Assembly (NCBI GenBank): GCA_977017575.1
Contig: CDRNVI010000021.1
Span: 310,001 to 374,000 of the forward strand
Origin: Paramoeba atlantica
Taxonomy: Eukaryota > Protista > Discosea
Direction: 5' to 3'
Length of the DNA: 64,000 nucleotides
In this document: one piece after another, positions 1 through 10,332 of the stretch
How positions within the stretch are numbered: position 1 is the first letter of the stretch
Layout of the letters: each line of letters begins with the position of its first letter
Position numbers and translations under genes: made by a program
The notes under the pieces: model-generated
Database searches by the model: none
The model's input: only the letters and a program-made list of their open reading frames with translations
What the model was told of the DNA's origin: nothing

Positions 1-162
1 GTTTCCTTATTCCAGAGGATTTCGCACATTACTTGACAAGTTTACGCTTTTGAGGGGTTACCCTACTCTTGCTGCATGACACCTTAAAATTACTCAGACA
101 CAAACGTGTTTTACACCACAACAAATCCAAAATCAAATCAAGGGTAATCCAACGGTAATTCA

Positions 163-2820
163 ATGAGTGAGCCGTCAGCCCGCGAGCTTTATCTTATTCA
201 TGAGAAAATGGAGGCACGTGACTTTCACGGCGCACTAAGATTAATAAACAAGAGTCTCTCAGCGCGTACTCCCACCGCCTCTACACGTTACAAGGCCTGG
301 CGCGCGTACTGTCTGTTGGGCATCGGACAAGCTGACGAAGCTCTCATCGCTGCCAACGAGTTACTGGAGCTGAAGCCAAATGATCTGTATGATCCCGGCA
401 CCATCGCCTCGCTGGTCTCGATCTATCAATACTACGGGGGGCACCAATGCCAGGGTAGAATCCAGGAACTCTACTGTGGAGCGTGGCAAACCCAGGGTGG
501 TGCGGAAGTGGGTGAGGCCTACGCATTGGCGTTGGCCTCAACACGAGATTATGGGGCATTTCGTGCCGTCGCGTTACGTCTGCTACAGAATACAGGTGAG
601 TATCGATTCCGTGTGTGGATGACTGTGTCGAATGTTTTAGAGGAGAATACAACACATCATGTTCTGGGTCTTCGTCTTCTTCAGAAAATTTGTCTTTCAG
701 AAGATATTATTCGGGTAATGCCCTCGCTATTGGAGAGGCAGCAAATGGCATACTTGTACATGTACGCTGCAATGCAGTGCATCGAGGAGTCATCCCAAAT
801 TTGCGGACAGTCTTCTGCGACCGAGAGAAATGGAATTGGTCATCTGGAGCAATGTTCTCTGTGCATATTTTCTGAAGAAATACTAGCGTACGATCTGTCG
901 GACCAGTCAAATAAGAATACTTTTACGAGGACAAACGTGTGGCAATCACTCGGTCTTCCATTAGGATGGGCTCTTGCTACTTTGCTAGATGAGTTTATCA
1001 GGAAAACAAAAGCACTCTGTTCACAGTGCGTAATAAAAAGCCAGTCAATGGCGCGATTCCTGCTCACTTCTCGAAAAATCCGTGCAGATGTAAAGAATAC
1101 TCTATTTTTGGACGTAACGGAGAATGCCAAATACTTTCATTGCTTTATACAAACCTACAGTAAGCAAGAGGGTGTACAGCTTTTGGCTCTTGAAACTCAA
1201 TGTTCAGACACTCCTGAATGGGTACGTAGAAAAGAAACCCCTCCAACTGTCTACGAGGCTGTGAAGACACTTCAGTTTTCAGATGATAGACTAAAAGATA
1301 GTACATACCTTGAGGCTTTGCTAAGGTCCGCTCCTGATGCGGAAAAGTGGTGTGACACTCTATTGGATTTTCTGTCTAAGTGGGGACGCAAGAATACATG
1401 GATATGTTACATGGACGTGAAACTTCCTATTCTTCGATATCTGGGGAAACGACATTGTGAAACTTCTTTGCACGAACAAATTGAATTACTTGATTCCGCT
1501 TTAACAAAGTGTGGAAGCATTAGCCTTGTTTTGCAAATGCATCTTTTGCTACTTGTTCACGCCCGCTCTGTATCACCCAGCGCTTTGAAGGAACGCAATT
1601 GGTCGGAGCTCATACTTCAGTGCGAAAAAAAATGTGAACCATCACTCCACCGAAATTTTGTGATCGTGTGGGCCTTGTTGCATAAAAAACAAACTTGGGC
1701 AGCAATGTCTTTTCTTGAGGACTCACCAGAATTGAAGGAAGACTCGAGCAATATTCTACTGCTATTGAATTGTGTTCTTGGTAGTAGGCAACTTTGCTTT
1801 GATATGAAAATACCACAAGTTTTGGGTCTTCGCAGTATTCAACTTGAGACGTTACATTTTCTTTACTTCTATACTCTGCGCGACAGCCTTTTCTTGCCGC
1901 TCCTACACGAGAGCTGTGAGTCAGCGTGTGTGTTTTATAATGAAACACTGCGACGGGAATTGTATGAGCTACGAAGCAGTTCCATACGTCGAGGTGCGTG
2001 GCATCTCCTCGTTCACGAGCTTCCACTCTTTCAAAAAAAGATTGAATACAGTTTACATCGCATCGAGTCAATCATCTATGGTGTGTTATGCTTTATTGCA
2101 AGATTTCCAAGCAACGAAGCAGAAAGAAAACTAAAGCAAACTGTTGGACTTGTGGAAGACTTCAAAGAATATTTCCCAATTATAGCCACCAACTCTTCTG
2201 CTATTGTAATCAATGACGAAACGAATATTCTAGAAAACGAATTTTGGGAAATCGAAGCCGAACTTTTACCACTCGAATGCCGTAAGGAAAAGCGTATGCG
2301 CATTGCAGATGTATTGCGCCTCGGCGAATTCATTCACAAGCTGCTGTTCGAAAACGTATCAGCCAGAGTTTTACTCGCGTTTTTTTCAAGCGAAGCTGCA
2401 AAGTTTAATGATTTTAATGAATCCTTAAATATCAGTGATGCTTCGTGTCTGACTTTATTGAGCAATGCTTGCTTTTCATACATCCCGCTAATTCTTTACA
2501 CATTGAGAACACAAAAAAGCGAGCTAGAAGTCCATTCTATGTTCTTGACACTCGTGGAGATGGCGCAACGATCTTTACGTTATGTATTGAATGGGGCCCA
2601 ACACGCTCTTGCCTCTCTACCGGAGTGGCTTGAAGAAAAGGTCAGCCTCGTAAATTACGCAACAGGAGCTTCTGCAAGACTGAGTGATTCATTAGGAGAA
2701 AGCAGCAAGAAGTTCATGGTGAAAGCTAGAAAAAGATATGGAGATCACATACAACGGATCCTAATCCATCACAAACAGAAGAGTGAAGACCTAGAACGCA
2801 TAGTTTCTGACTTGAGTTAG
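163..2820 (+). CDS. NAA25: NatB N-acetyltransferase auxiliary subunit (NAA25/MDM20-like)
   Basis: 885-aa ORF. N-terminal TPR-like helices (YKAWRAYCLL...ALIAANELL; FRAVALRLLQ...YRFRVWMTVS) and IQLETLHF, matching the NAA25 IQxDT motif. Confidence 0.7.
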   Translation: MSEPSARELYLIHEKMEARDFHGALRLINKSLSARTPTASTRYKAWRAYCLLGIGQADEALIAANELLELKPNDLYDPGTIASLVSIYQYYGGHQCQGRIQELYCGAWQTQGGAEVGEAYALALASTRDYGAFRAVALRLLQNTGEYRFRVWMTVSNVLEENTTHHVLGLRLLQKICLSEDIIRVMPSLLERQQMAYLYMYAAMQCIEESSQICGQSSATERNGIGHLEQCSLCIFSEEILAYDLSDQSNKNTFTRTNVWQSLGLPLGWALATLLDEFIRKTKALCSQCVIKSQSMARFLLTSRKIRADVKNTLFLDVTENAKYFHCFIQTYSKQEGVQLLALETQCSDTPEWVRRKETPPTVYEAVKTLQFSDDRLKDSTYLEALLRSAPDAEKWCDTLLDFLSKWGRKNTWICYMDVKLPILRYLGKRHCETSLHEQIELLDSALTKCGSISLVLQMHLLLLVHARSVSPSALKERNWSELILQCEKKCEPSLHRNFVIVWALLHKKQTWAAMSFLEDSPELKEDSSNILLLLNCVLGSRQLCFDMKIPQVLGLRSIQLETLHFLYFYTLRDSLFLPLLHESCESACVFYNETLRRELYELRSSSIRRGAWHLLVHELPLFQKKIEYSLHRIESIIYGVLCFIARFPSNEAERKLKQTVGLVEDFKEYFPIIATNSSAIVINDETNILENEFWEIEAELLPLECRKEKRMRIADVLRLGEFIHKLLFENVSARVLLAFFSSEAAKFNDFNESLNISDASCLTLLSNACFSYIPLILYTLRTQKSELEVHSMFLTLVEMAQRSLRYVLNGAQHALASLPEWLEEKVSLVNYATGASARLSDSLGESSKKFMVKARKRYGDHIQRILIHHKQKSEDLERIVSDLS

Positions 2821-3036
2821 ACGTACAGAAGTGTCTATTTACGCGCAAGGTTTTATCAAAATTCTTGACTTCAAAAATCCAAGTCAATGCCACGAGTAGA
2901 CGAACATTTTTCACAAGACATGTTTTACAACATTTTTTTCATCGTATCGGCTTATACCACGCTATCTTTTTTCGCTATTACATTGTATTTTTTCGCATGA
3001 AACAGTAAACATTTTCTCAGGAGAACCTCCACTCTC

Positions 3037-4344
3037 ATGCTTGGCCGTAAAGCCATAACACCCTCCCGAAAATTCACGTCGCACGTCGCACTGTCCCCCG
3101 CGGTGGTCCGTGTAGCCTACGACGTCGGCACGCTCGATTCCGTGACCTGGACCGTCGCCACGGTACATAACGAAGAGCGTCTGATTCGCAAACAAATCCA
3201 ACACGACCGCATGACGATGCCGAACTGGTCCTCCGCGATCTCAGGCAACCATATCACCGATGAGGGCATTCGTACCCTGGAGCACTGTTTTCGTCACATC
3301 ACGGGCCGTTTTGCCAACGCCCGAGTACGTCCACGTGAGTCTGCAGCAATAGTAACCGGGGACCTCGGTAAAGCTGATAATGCCGAGGAGGTGTTCAATG
3401 CACTCTCTAAGACCTTTTTGATCCGTTTTGTGATTCCACAAGGTATGGAGCTGGAACACTACGCCCATATGGGGTACGTTGCTGCCGGTGGAATTTCGAT
3501 GAAATACGCCGACAACGCGGTAATATGGTCGGAAATTGACGATCGTGTTGTGTTCTTTCGCCATCGTCGTTGTAGAGCGGCTCAAGAGAACACATTGAGT
3601 ACCACATCAGCGCTAGATGCTGTGCACTACAATGATTCGTCCTCCGAAACATATCGTGCAGATACATGGGATACGGGGTACACCGCTGATGAAATCAATA
3701 GTATGATTCTTCAGTATTACCAAAACCGTAGGCTTATGATCCCCGGTGCAAGCAGCAGACGACCCCAGTCCGTAAATCCAATGAATCATACCGAAGCCAA
3801 ACAGTGTTTGCATGATCTGGTAGAGGCTCTCAAGGAAAGTGTCCCTCGGTGGCTCCGCAAGGCACGGGAAAGGCACTCGGTCGACCGAATGTTCTGTGGG
3901 GCCAGTGGGAATGGTGGAACACTTAATCTCCTTGCGCGGTGCGCTGGTCGTACGGACATCCACGAACACATGCTCGCCACTGTATTCTATACACAATATG
4001 TGGGAATGACGGACGAGTGGCTTGCCCGCTCCTTTCCACAGCCCCACATGGTGATGCCCCGGCTCATTCTTGGACAGGCTCTTATGCGGTCGTTAGATTT
4101 ACGATCCATTCGATACCTTCCGGAGATTAGTCCCACCTTTGGAGTTCTTCTGGACAACAACTTGTACTCCGAAGCTGCAGGCCTGGATCACGTTGCGGGT
4201 GATCCTACATACCCCCCTGAGGGGCACACATTTGTCGCTCCGTGGAGAACACGATCTGCCACGATGCCTCACATTGATCCTCGATTGCCGAACCGGAAGT
4301 CTCAAAGTGTTCTCTGCGAGCCCATATCTGGAGTTATGGACTAA
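3037..4344 (+). CDS. Divergent Ppx/GppA-like (ASKHA-fold) protein, probably mitochondrion-targeted
   Basis: 435 aa. AYDVGTLDS resembles the Ppx/GppA xIDxGSNS motif, GASGNGGTLNLLAR resembles GxGGT, and PRLILGQALMRSLDLRSIRY resembles the family C-terminal helix. Arg/Ser-rich N-terminus. Confidence 0.5.
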   Translation: MLGRKAITPSRKFTSHVALSPAVVRVAYDVGTLDSVTWTVATVHNEERLIRKQIQHDRMTMPNWSSAISGNHITDEGIRTLEHCFRHITGRFANARVRPRESAAIVTGDLGKADNAEEVFNALSKTFLIRFVIPQGMELEHYAHMGYVAAGGISMKYADNAVIWSEIDDRVVFFRHRRCRAAQENTLSTTSALDAVHYNDSSSETYRADTWDTGYTADEINSMILQYYQNRRLMIPGASSRRPQSVNPMNHTEAKQCLHDLVEALKESVPRWLRKARERHSVDRMFCGASGNGGTLNLLARCAGRTDIHEHMLATVFYTQYVGMTDEWLARSFPQPHMVMPRLILGQALMRSLDLRSIRYLPEISPTFGVLLDNNLYSEAAGLDHVAGDPTYPPEGHTFVAPWRTRSATMPHIDPRLPNRKSQSVLCEPISGVMD

Positions 4345-4654
4345 AAATACTTCTACGAGTGAGATGACTGGTACGTGCCAATTTTCTATAGAATGGATTC
4401 CTTATCACCCGTATTTTTAGTTGTATTTACTATAGAGCAAAAAAGCGGGAGAACTATGCAATAGACGTGAAATTTATTTACGTCCTAGAAATTCGTATAG
4501 AAACAATGCAGCGTAATTATGTTTTCCGTGTTGTAATGTTTATTTGTCGTTTACAGCTTACCAAGCACGATTTTTTATGCAGCAGCGCGCGGTAGTAATA
4601 AGCACAATTCGAAATTTAGTGCAGCAGTAAAACTCACGCACAAATAACCACGAA

Positions 4655-6259
4655 ATGGAGACAATCGTTCTAGTTTTGGGTACAGCTCTTATTGTTGCTC
4701 TCGTCTTCTTTCCGGAGGCAACTGCGGTATTCATTCTTTCTATGAAATCGTTGGTATTGAATCACACAAGACAAGCATACATACGCGCTGACTTGAAGAA
4801 GAAAAAGAGGCGCAGACAAAAACTTTTGAGTAGCACAAGGGCAATATCCCACTTTCGTACACTTCAGCCACATTGCGCGGCCTCTACGGAAGAGGAAACG
4901 AGTAACAAGGCTTATCAAAAGGATGAAACTCTGACGGATAAGGAGCTCACCAGATGCCCACAGGATGCGGTCGCCAAAGAATGCGATACGCTTTCTTTTC
5001 ACGAGGAACATGTCATATCCGAGGAGGCAGCTCGACAAGAGGAATCGGGCTCCAAAATTGACTCCCCTACTCAAGAAGAGTGCTTAGGAAAAGAAGATTT
5101 TTCCAGTTCAGATGTGTGTTCCGGGAAAGGAAAATCTCCGAGTGTGGAACAGTGTTCTGAACCGTCACAATCTCCGAGGAGAACAGAAACCGAACGTGCT
5201 GTTTTGGAACCACAAATCCCAGAACTGCAAACTTCAGAAAAAGAAGTTTCAGAAGCGCAAGAACAAATAGAAGAACTACTCACCAAATCGGATAACGAGT
5301 CACCACCACCTCCCCCATCCACCCCCACCGCCGAACCCGAAACCTTCGAACCCACCCTCCTTCCCAAACCCATCCACAAAAAGAAACGAAAGAAACGTCC
5401 TCTGAACAAGCGCCTCCCCTCCGGAATCCCCCTCCCCCCCTGTGGTCGCTACCCCAACCTCCGCATCCCCCCCCTCACCGTGCCCTCCCCCCCCCTCGCC
5501 CTCGGCCACCCCCCCTCCCCCACCCTCCTCACCTCCCACCCCCACCCCGGGATCCCCCCCGTCCCCCTTGTCGTCCCCCCCCCTCCCCTCCCCCCTCCCC
5601 TGCCGCTGTGCCCGGAGGACGGGACCTGCGCGCGCATCAACGACCCCTCCCACCAGGAGAGCTTCCTGCACACGTGTAAGCTCCACCCCTGCTTCCACGC
5701 CCACCTCAGCTACCACACCCGGCTCTTCCGCCACGCCCCGGGCCAGGGGGGGTACGCCGTGACCCCGGAGGTGCGCCCGGCCTCCCCCCCGCTGTCCCCG
5801 CCCTCCCCGATGGCCCGTGGGGGGCGTAAAGGGAACACGGCCCCCTCGAGAGGAGGGGGAGGGGCAGGGGGGGTGGGGCGTACCGCTACAGGTGGTGGTA
5901 CGGCTACTACAGGTACAAGTACCTACCCTCATCGGTTTCCTACCCCACAACCGGTGTTTGGGGAACGGACCAACGTGAATAAGAATAAGGAGGGGGGATC
6001 CACACCAGGGAGAGTGTGTGAGCCCTCGCTGCTTACGATTGGGCTACCGCAGCGGAGTGTGACTTTGATGGCACTCGGGAATTGGGCGTCCGTGTCCGTT
6101 AAGTCACTCAAGCTCTACCTGCAACAACATGCGGGGATTCCCTATCTCCGACAAAGGATTGGGGGTCATGTGGGGGGAGGGGGGCTGGGGGACCATGTGG
6201 TGGTGTCCCAGGTCATGGAGAATAACGCCATTGAGGTGTTTGATGAGGGCGTCGCGTGA
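4655..6259 (+). CDS. Membrane-anchored protein with Pro-rich region, two PBZ-like zinc fingers and a C-terminal ubiquitin-like domain
   Basis: N-terminal hydrophobic helix; CPEDGTCARINDPSHQESFLH and CKLHPCFHAHLSYHTRLFRH; C-terminal SVKSLKLYLQQHAGIPYLRQRI is UBL-like. Confidence 0.6.
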   Translation: METIVLVLGTALIVALVFFPEATAVFILSMKSLVLNHTRQAYIRADLKKKKRRRQKLLSSTRAISHFRTLQPHCAASTEEETSNKAYQKDETLTDKELTRCPQDAVAKECDTLSFHEEHVISEEAARQEESGSKIDSPTQEECLGKEDFSSSDVCSGKGKSPSVEQCSEPSQSPRRTETERAVLEPQIPELQTSEKEVSEAQEQIEELLTKSDNESPPPPPSTPTAEPETFEPTLLPKPIHKKKRKKRPLNKRLPSGIPLPPCGRYPNLRIPPLTVPSPPLALGHPPSPTLLTSHPHPGIPPVPLVVPPPPLPPPLPLCPEDGTCARINDPSHQESFLHTCKLHPCFHAHLSYHTRLFRHAPGQGGYAVTPEVRPASPPLSPPSPMARGGRKGNTAPSRGGGGAGGVGRTATGGGTATTGTSTYPHRFPTPQPVFGERTNVNKNKEGGSTPGRVCEPSLLTIGLPQRSVTLMALGNWASVSVKSLKLYLQQHAGIPYLRQRIGGHVGGGGLGDHVVVSQVMENNAIEVFDEGVA

Positions 6260-6591
6260 GAAACGAGGGCATGGGCTGTGCGAAGCGCCTCGTGAATGTG
6301 AAGGGGTTGTGTATATTAAGCGTGAACATGTAAAAAGATGGGATTAACGAGTTGTTTTTGTAACGTTTTTTTTCTCTATAATGCACTACGCATGAGCACG
6401 GATGTGCTAGAGTGCTCAGTGTTACTTTCTATTGCTTATTCCCTAATTTGCTTCCTTTCCTTTTTCATTCAACGGATTGCTTTATTCGTACGCCAGCAGC
6501 TGAATTACCACGTCGTGTACGAAAGATGGTGATTTCGGTAAATTTTGGATAGGCTCTGTACTCTTATGATTTGTTTTTGTCTGAAAATCGG

Positions 6592-6616
6592 GATTCTTTT
6601 TTTCGTTTCACTAAGT
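6592..6616 (+). promoter_or_regulatory. Probable trans-splice acceptor (polypyrimidine tract plus AG)
   Basis: GATTCTTTTTTTCGTTTCACTAAG immediately before the ATG at 6618. Similar pyrimidine tracts precede many CDSs in the window. Confidence 0.4.
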
Positions 6617-6617
6617 C

Positions 6618-8747
6618 ATGAACACAGATGCGGACGGTGATGTTCCTTTGCACCAGCTTGCTGCCAGTCTCTTGCTAGGGAAAGGTCGATGCTGGTGTGG
6701 AGCTCGGCTTACAAAAGATACACGTTCAAAGAGAACCAGGTGTACGCATTCCGATTTATATGAGAGCGATGCTACAACTACTGAAAGTCATTCACATGAC
6801 GAAGTAAAGACACTTCTAGATGAATTCCATGTGGCGAGGACTCACCCATTACTACCTCTAATGAAGAAATGCGACACGTGCAAGTTGGGGAGATCATTTC
6901 GTTTCGGTCACGCTCTACTCAGACTCAGAACCCGAAAACCTGATTACCCGCTGGATAGTAGTTGGGTTCGAAATAAAGTCATTGATGAATTTTATCACTT
7001 CGATCGAGCAGTGTTACATGCTAGAGGGAAGACACTGAACTATTCGAATATATCCCGTTATTCAGGTGATACAAGTGTAAATCGTGCCCGTATGACATTT
7101 CCCATACTCAGAGAGCCACCTTTCTTTCTCACTGAACGGATACGCCAATTAAAAGATAATGGCCGGATAGAAGTCATGTGGAAGGATAGACATAGTGAGA
7201 AGGAACGACGTGAGAAAGTAGACTTTTTGCGCTGGACACATCTTGCTCAGGTAGATGCGGACAAAGGTTCAACGAAAGCAACCTTATACAACCTCTGTGC
7301 AACATCTCCAGGCGTCTTGCACTCTCGATTCCTTGACAAAAATACGTTATTCTTTCTTCCCCACTCCATAACTTTTGATCCTCTTACCGTAAGAAAGTGG
7401 AAAGTACGAACGCCGGAAAAAATGGAACACAATTTACCCCAAACCGGGTCCCTGTTCCCTACCGACGTGCCCACAAGATATTTTATAAAGATATCGCTAG
7501 AAGACAACTCGGATACAGTATGTGACGTCAGCTACTGCGACATAAGCCCCCTAGTGAAACGCCCACACTGTTTCACATGTTGCACTGTATATTCCAGAAA
7601 TGAAAATTCCAATCAGGACACAAACTCGAATTCATCTTGGATGCTCCTTGCAGGTGAGTTCTTTCACCCAGAAAACACATCATCGTCTCCCACCTATCTA
7701 GGGGTAGCGTACCTTGACGTGCGCAATAATGAAGCGACCCTCCGGGGTTGTTTAGGGCTCAGTCAAGCGACCGAATATGACGTGGTTGCCTCCATTGAGC
7801 TCGCAATGGATAGTGATACCGTTCTCGTTGCTCTTCGCTACGGAGGTGTGTTCGTTTTATGCCAGGGTTGTTTGATAAAACATATTCCCACGGACGGGAT
7901 GCAGGCTCCGTTAGCGCGATGTCTTCCCATTGACACTTTCCACGTTGCGGTACAATGGACCTCAGGGGTGGTTGCGGATGCCACGTTGTTATACACTTCC
8001 CAGCCGTGGGCTACGTTTGCTGAGCATACCGCCCGATCGAATCAACATCTCAGCACTTTTTTACTAGGCAACCCGAGCCCCGCGTTGCATCAGGGTGTGG
8101 ATCTTCCGTACTTTCACCCGATACCATTTCAGCATTTTACAGTAGAAACATCACCCTTGGCAGAGGAGGAGGCACGTGCGAATAACTCAGAGGAGGATTC
8201 TAGCTTGGAAGCATTATCATCCATCATGCGATACGTTCTGTGTATTGCGAATATGGAGAAACTACACGACGTTCCGAGGAGTACGAATCAATTTCTTCTG
8301 GGTACGTATGGTGGAGAGATCTATAAACGTAGTATCCGTGGACAGCCTGAAAAGGTAATGGCGGTAAACACGGTTTACGAGGATGATGAGAAGGAACGGG
8401 TGCGCCGGAGAGCGAAAGAGTCAGAGTCAACGACGAGCGACGAAACCACTACTTCCGAATTGGATTTTCTACATGATACTACTATACCATGTGGTGAGCA
8501 CTTTCAAATTCCTGAAGAAGAGAAAAAGCGTAGATTCGAGATTTGTTTTCCTTCTACCACTGATGACATTCAAGGATCTTCAACTAGTCATAGTAAACAG
8601 GACAAAAGCCATTTCTTTTCAAATATAGGCAATTCATCGATCGAACATTTAACCGCATATCCTTTATCGGAGAATTCTCTACAAAACTACACTCATCGTG
8701 TGTGTGCCATACTCAGTTGTGGAATCGCCATTATATTTTCAACGTGA
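6618..8747 (+). CDS. Hypothetical protein, possible beta-propeller in the C-terminal half
   Basis: 709-aa uninterrupted ORF preceded by a polypyrimidine tract plus AG. Beta-strand-rich segments, but no family motif recognised with certainty. Confidence 0.55.
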   Translation: MNTDADGDVPLHQLAASLLLGKGRCWCGARLTKDTRSKRTRCTHSDLYESDATTTESHSHDEVKTLLDEFHVARTHPLLPLMKKCDTCKLGRSFRFGHALLRLRTRKPDYPLDSSWVRNKVIDEFYHFDRAVLHARGKTLNYSNISRYSGDTSVNRARMTFPILREPPFFLTERIRQLKDNGRIEVMWKDRHSEKERREKVDFLRWTHLAQVDADKGSTKATLYNLCATSPGVLHSRFLDKNTLFFLPHSITFDPLTVRKWKVRTPEKMEHNLPQTGSLFPTDVPTRYFIKISLEDNSDTVCDVSYCDISPLVKRPHCFTCCTVYSRNENSNQDTNSNSSWMLLAGEFFHPENTSSSPTYLGVAYLDVRNNEATLRGCLGLSQATEYDVVASIELAMDSDTVLVALRYGGVFVLCQGCLIKHIPTDGMQAPLARCLPIDTFHVAVQWTSGVVADATLLYTSQPWATFAEHTARSNQHLSTFLLGNPSPALHQGVDLPYFHPIPFQHFTVETSPLAEEEARANNSEEDSSLEALSSIMRYVLCIANMEKLHDVPRSTNQFLLGTYGGEIYKRSIRGQPEKVMAVNTVYEDDEKERVRRRAKESESTTSDETTTSELDFLHDTTIPCGEHFQIPEEEKKRRFEICFPSTTDDIQGSSTSHSKQDKSHFFSNIGNSSIEHLTAYPLSENSLQNYTHRVCAILSCGIAIIFST

Positions 8748-8986
8748 CATCTTGAAAGCACTACATGGGTGTCTAAAAGGTTGTACATTGCAAAGTTTGT
8801 AAAGTTAAATAGCAAATTTATAAAGTTCCTAATAAAAAAGTTCCTACAAACCCAACAAGGAGGTTCCGAATAAAAAAAACTTATTTCTGATCTTTTAACA
8901 ACACCACATAAGAAAACTTACGTCTGCGTACATGGTTCTTCGTAAAAAATAAGTACTTCATTTTACAAAACACAAAACTCTGCTTA

Positions 8987-9889
8987 ATGTTTGAGGCCAC
9001 TGTGGAGCAGTCTGATCTATGGAAAAGAGTCCTCGAACCGGTAAAGGAAGTCGTGTTGGACGCGAACCTTGAATGCTCACCATCTGGCATTCAGCTTCAG
9101 GCTATGGACCCGAGTCATGTTTCCCTCGTTACGCTTCTTCTCCGCAGTGAGGGGTTCAAGCAGTACAGCTGCAGCCGAAATGTAAACCTTGGCATTAATC
9201 TCAGCAACATGTCAAAAATTCTAAAATGCGCGAACAAAGACGACAGCGTCACCCTGCGCTACGAAGGTCAGGACGCTTTGACTTTTCTTGTCGAAAGTTC
9301 CGGACATGAGAAAGTGTCCGAGTTCGTCATGAGGCTGATGGAAATCGAAGGAGAGAGTTTGGGCATTCCGGAGCAAACGTACAGCGCGACGATCTCAATG
9401 GGATCTTCAGATTTCTCCAAGTTATGCCGGGATATGATGACATTCGGGGAAAGTGTTCAAATCTCCGTCGCTAAGGACCATGTAAAGTTCACCACGCGGG
9501 GGGACTTTGGACAGGGCTCCACGACCGTACGCCCTACGATTGCTGCTGACCTGACTCGAACCACTGTCAAGCAAGAACAAGGTGTGAAACAGGAGCCGGG
9601 TGCCCAGGAGGATACAAAAGAAGGCATCCTACCTGAGGCTATCCAGAATGAGACAGGTCCGAGTAAAAATGCCGTGCTCCTGTCTACCGACGAAGAAGTT
9701 TGTTTGAACTTTGCATTGAAGAACTTGGTAAATTTTACCAAAGCAAGTGGGCTTTCTGACAGGGTCACGCTTCGCATTGCGATGAATGAGCCGTTACAAG
9801 TGGAATATAAGATTGAAAACTTTGGCTACATGAGATTTTACTTGGCTCCGAAAGTAGATGACGAGGCTGATCTTCCACCAAACATTTAG
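8987..9889 (+). CDS. PCNA: Proliferating cell nuclear antigen
   Basis: MFEA..., LQAMDPSHVSLV, GINLSNMSKILKCA, YLAPK. K164-equivalent present (SVAKDHV). ~40-aa insertion containing VKQE twice. Confidence 0.97.
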   Translation: MFEATVEQSDLWKRVLEPVKEVVLDANLECSPSGIQLQAMDPSHVSLVTLLLRSEGFKQYSCSRNVNLGINLSNMSKILKCANKDDSVTLRYEGQDALTFLVESSGHEKVSEFVMRLMEIEGESLGIPEQTYSATISMGSSDFSKLCRDMMTFGESVQISVAKDHVKFTTRGDFGQGSTTVRPTIAADLTRTTVKQEQGVKQEPGAQEDTKEGILPEAIQNETGPSKNAVLLSTDEEVCLNFALKNLVNFTKASGLSDRVTLRIAMNEPLQVEYKIENFGYMRFYLAPKVDDEADLPPNI

Positions 9890-10332
9890 TAGTAAATTTT
9901 AGTAGTTTAGAGCAGCATAGCGAGATGTCCGGATCGCAATATCATGGTCTGTGTAATGGATAGGACAGATGAGAGTTGTATGAATGAAGATTAACACGCT
10001 TGATTAAATATGAAATTAAGAAAGAAAGTTTTAACATTGGTGACGATGCAAAACTCAACTAGGTATCGTGTACTGTACAGAGTTTTCTATTACCAAGCAC
10101 TGAGCTCATACTGTAGCAAGAAGAGTTTGTTGTTTTTACGCATTAGAGCCGAAATACTCTTCCGTGTTTTTGGAAGTCATTTATTTGATACGTTGAAATG
10201 ATATTTTTTACTCGTTTTCCACTCTAAATGATTGAGTGAATAGCGATTTCAAATTTTCTTACACTTCACATTCGATAGAAAAACTTTCGTCAAATTTCAT
10301 GCTTAGGATCTAACGCCTGGAGATCGAGATAA

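Noticed and set aside
5300-5950. Long alternative-frame and antisense ORFs in GC islands (also 16390-17023, 27660-28379, 32385-33023, 36131-36668, 58668-59333)
   Set aside because: Shadow ORFs caused by stop-codon scarcity in GC-rich DNA overlapping real genes; the translations are low-complexity.
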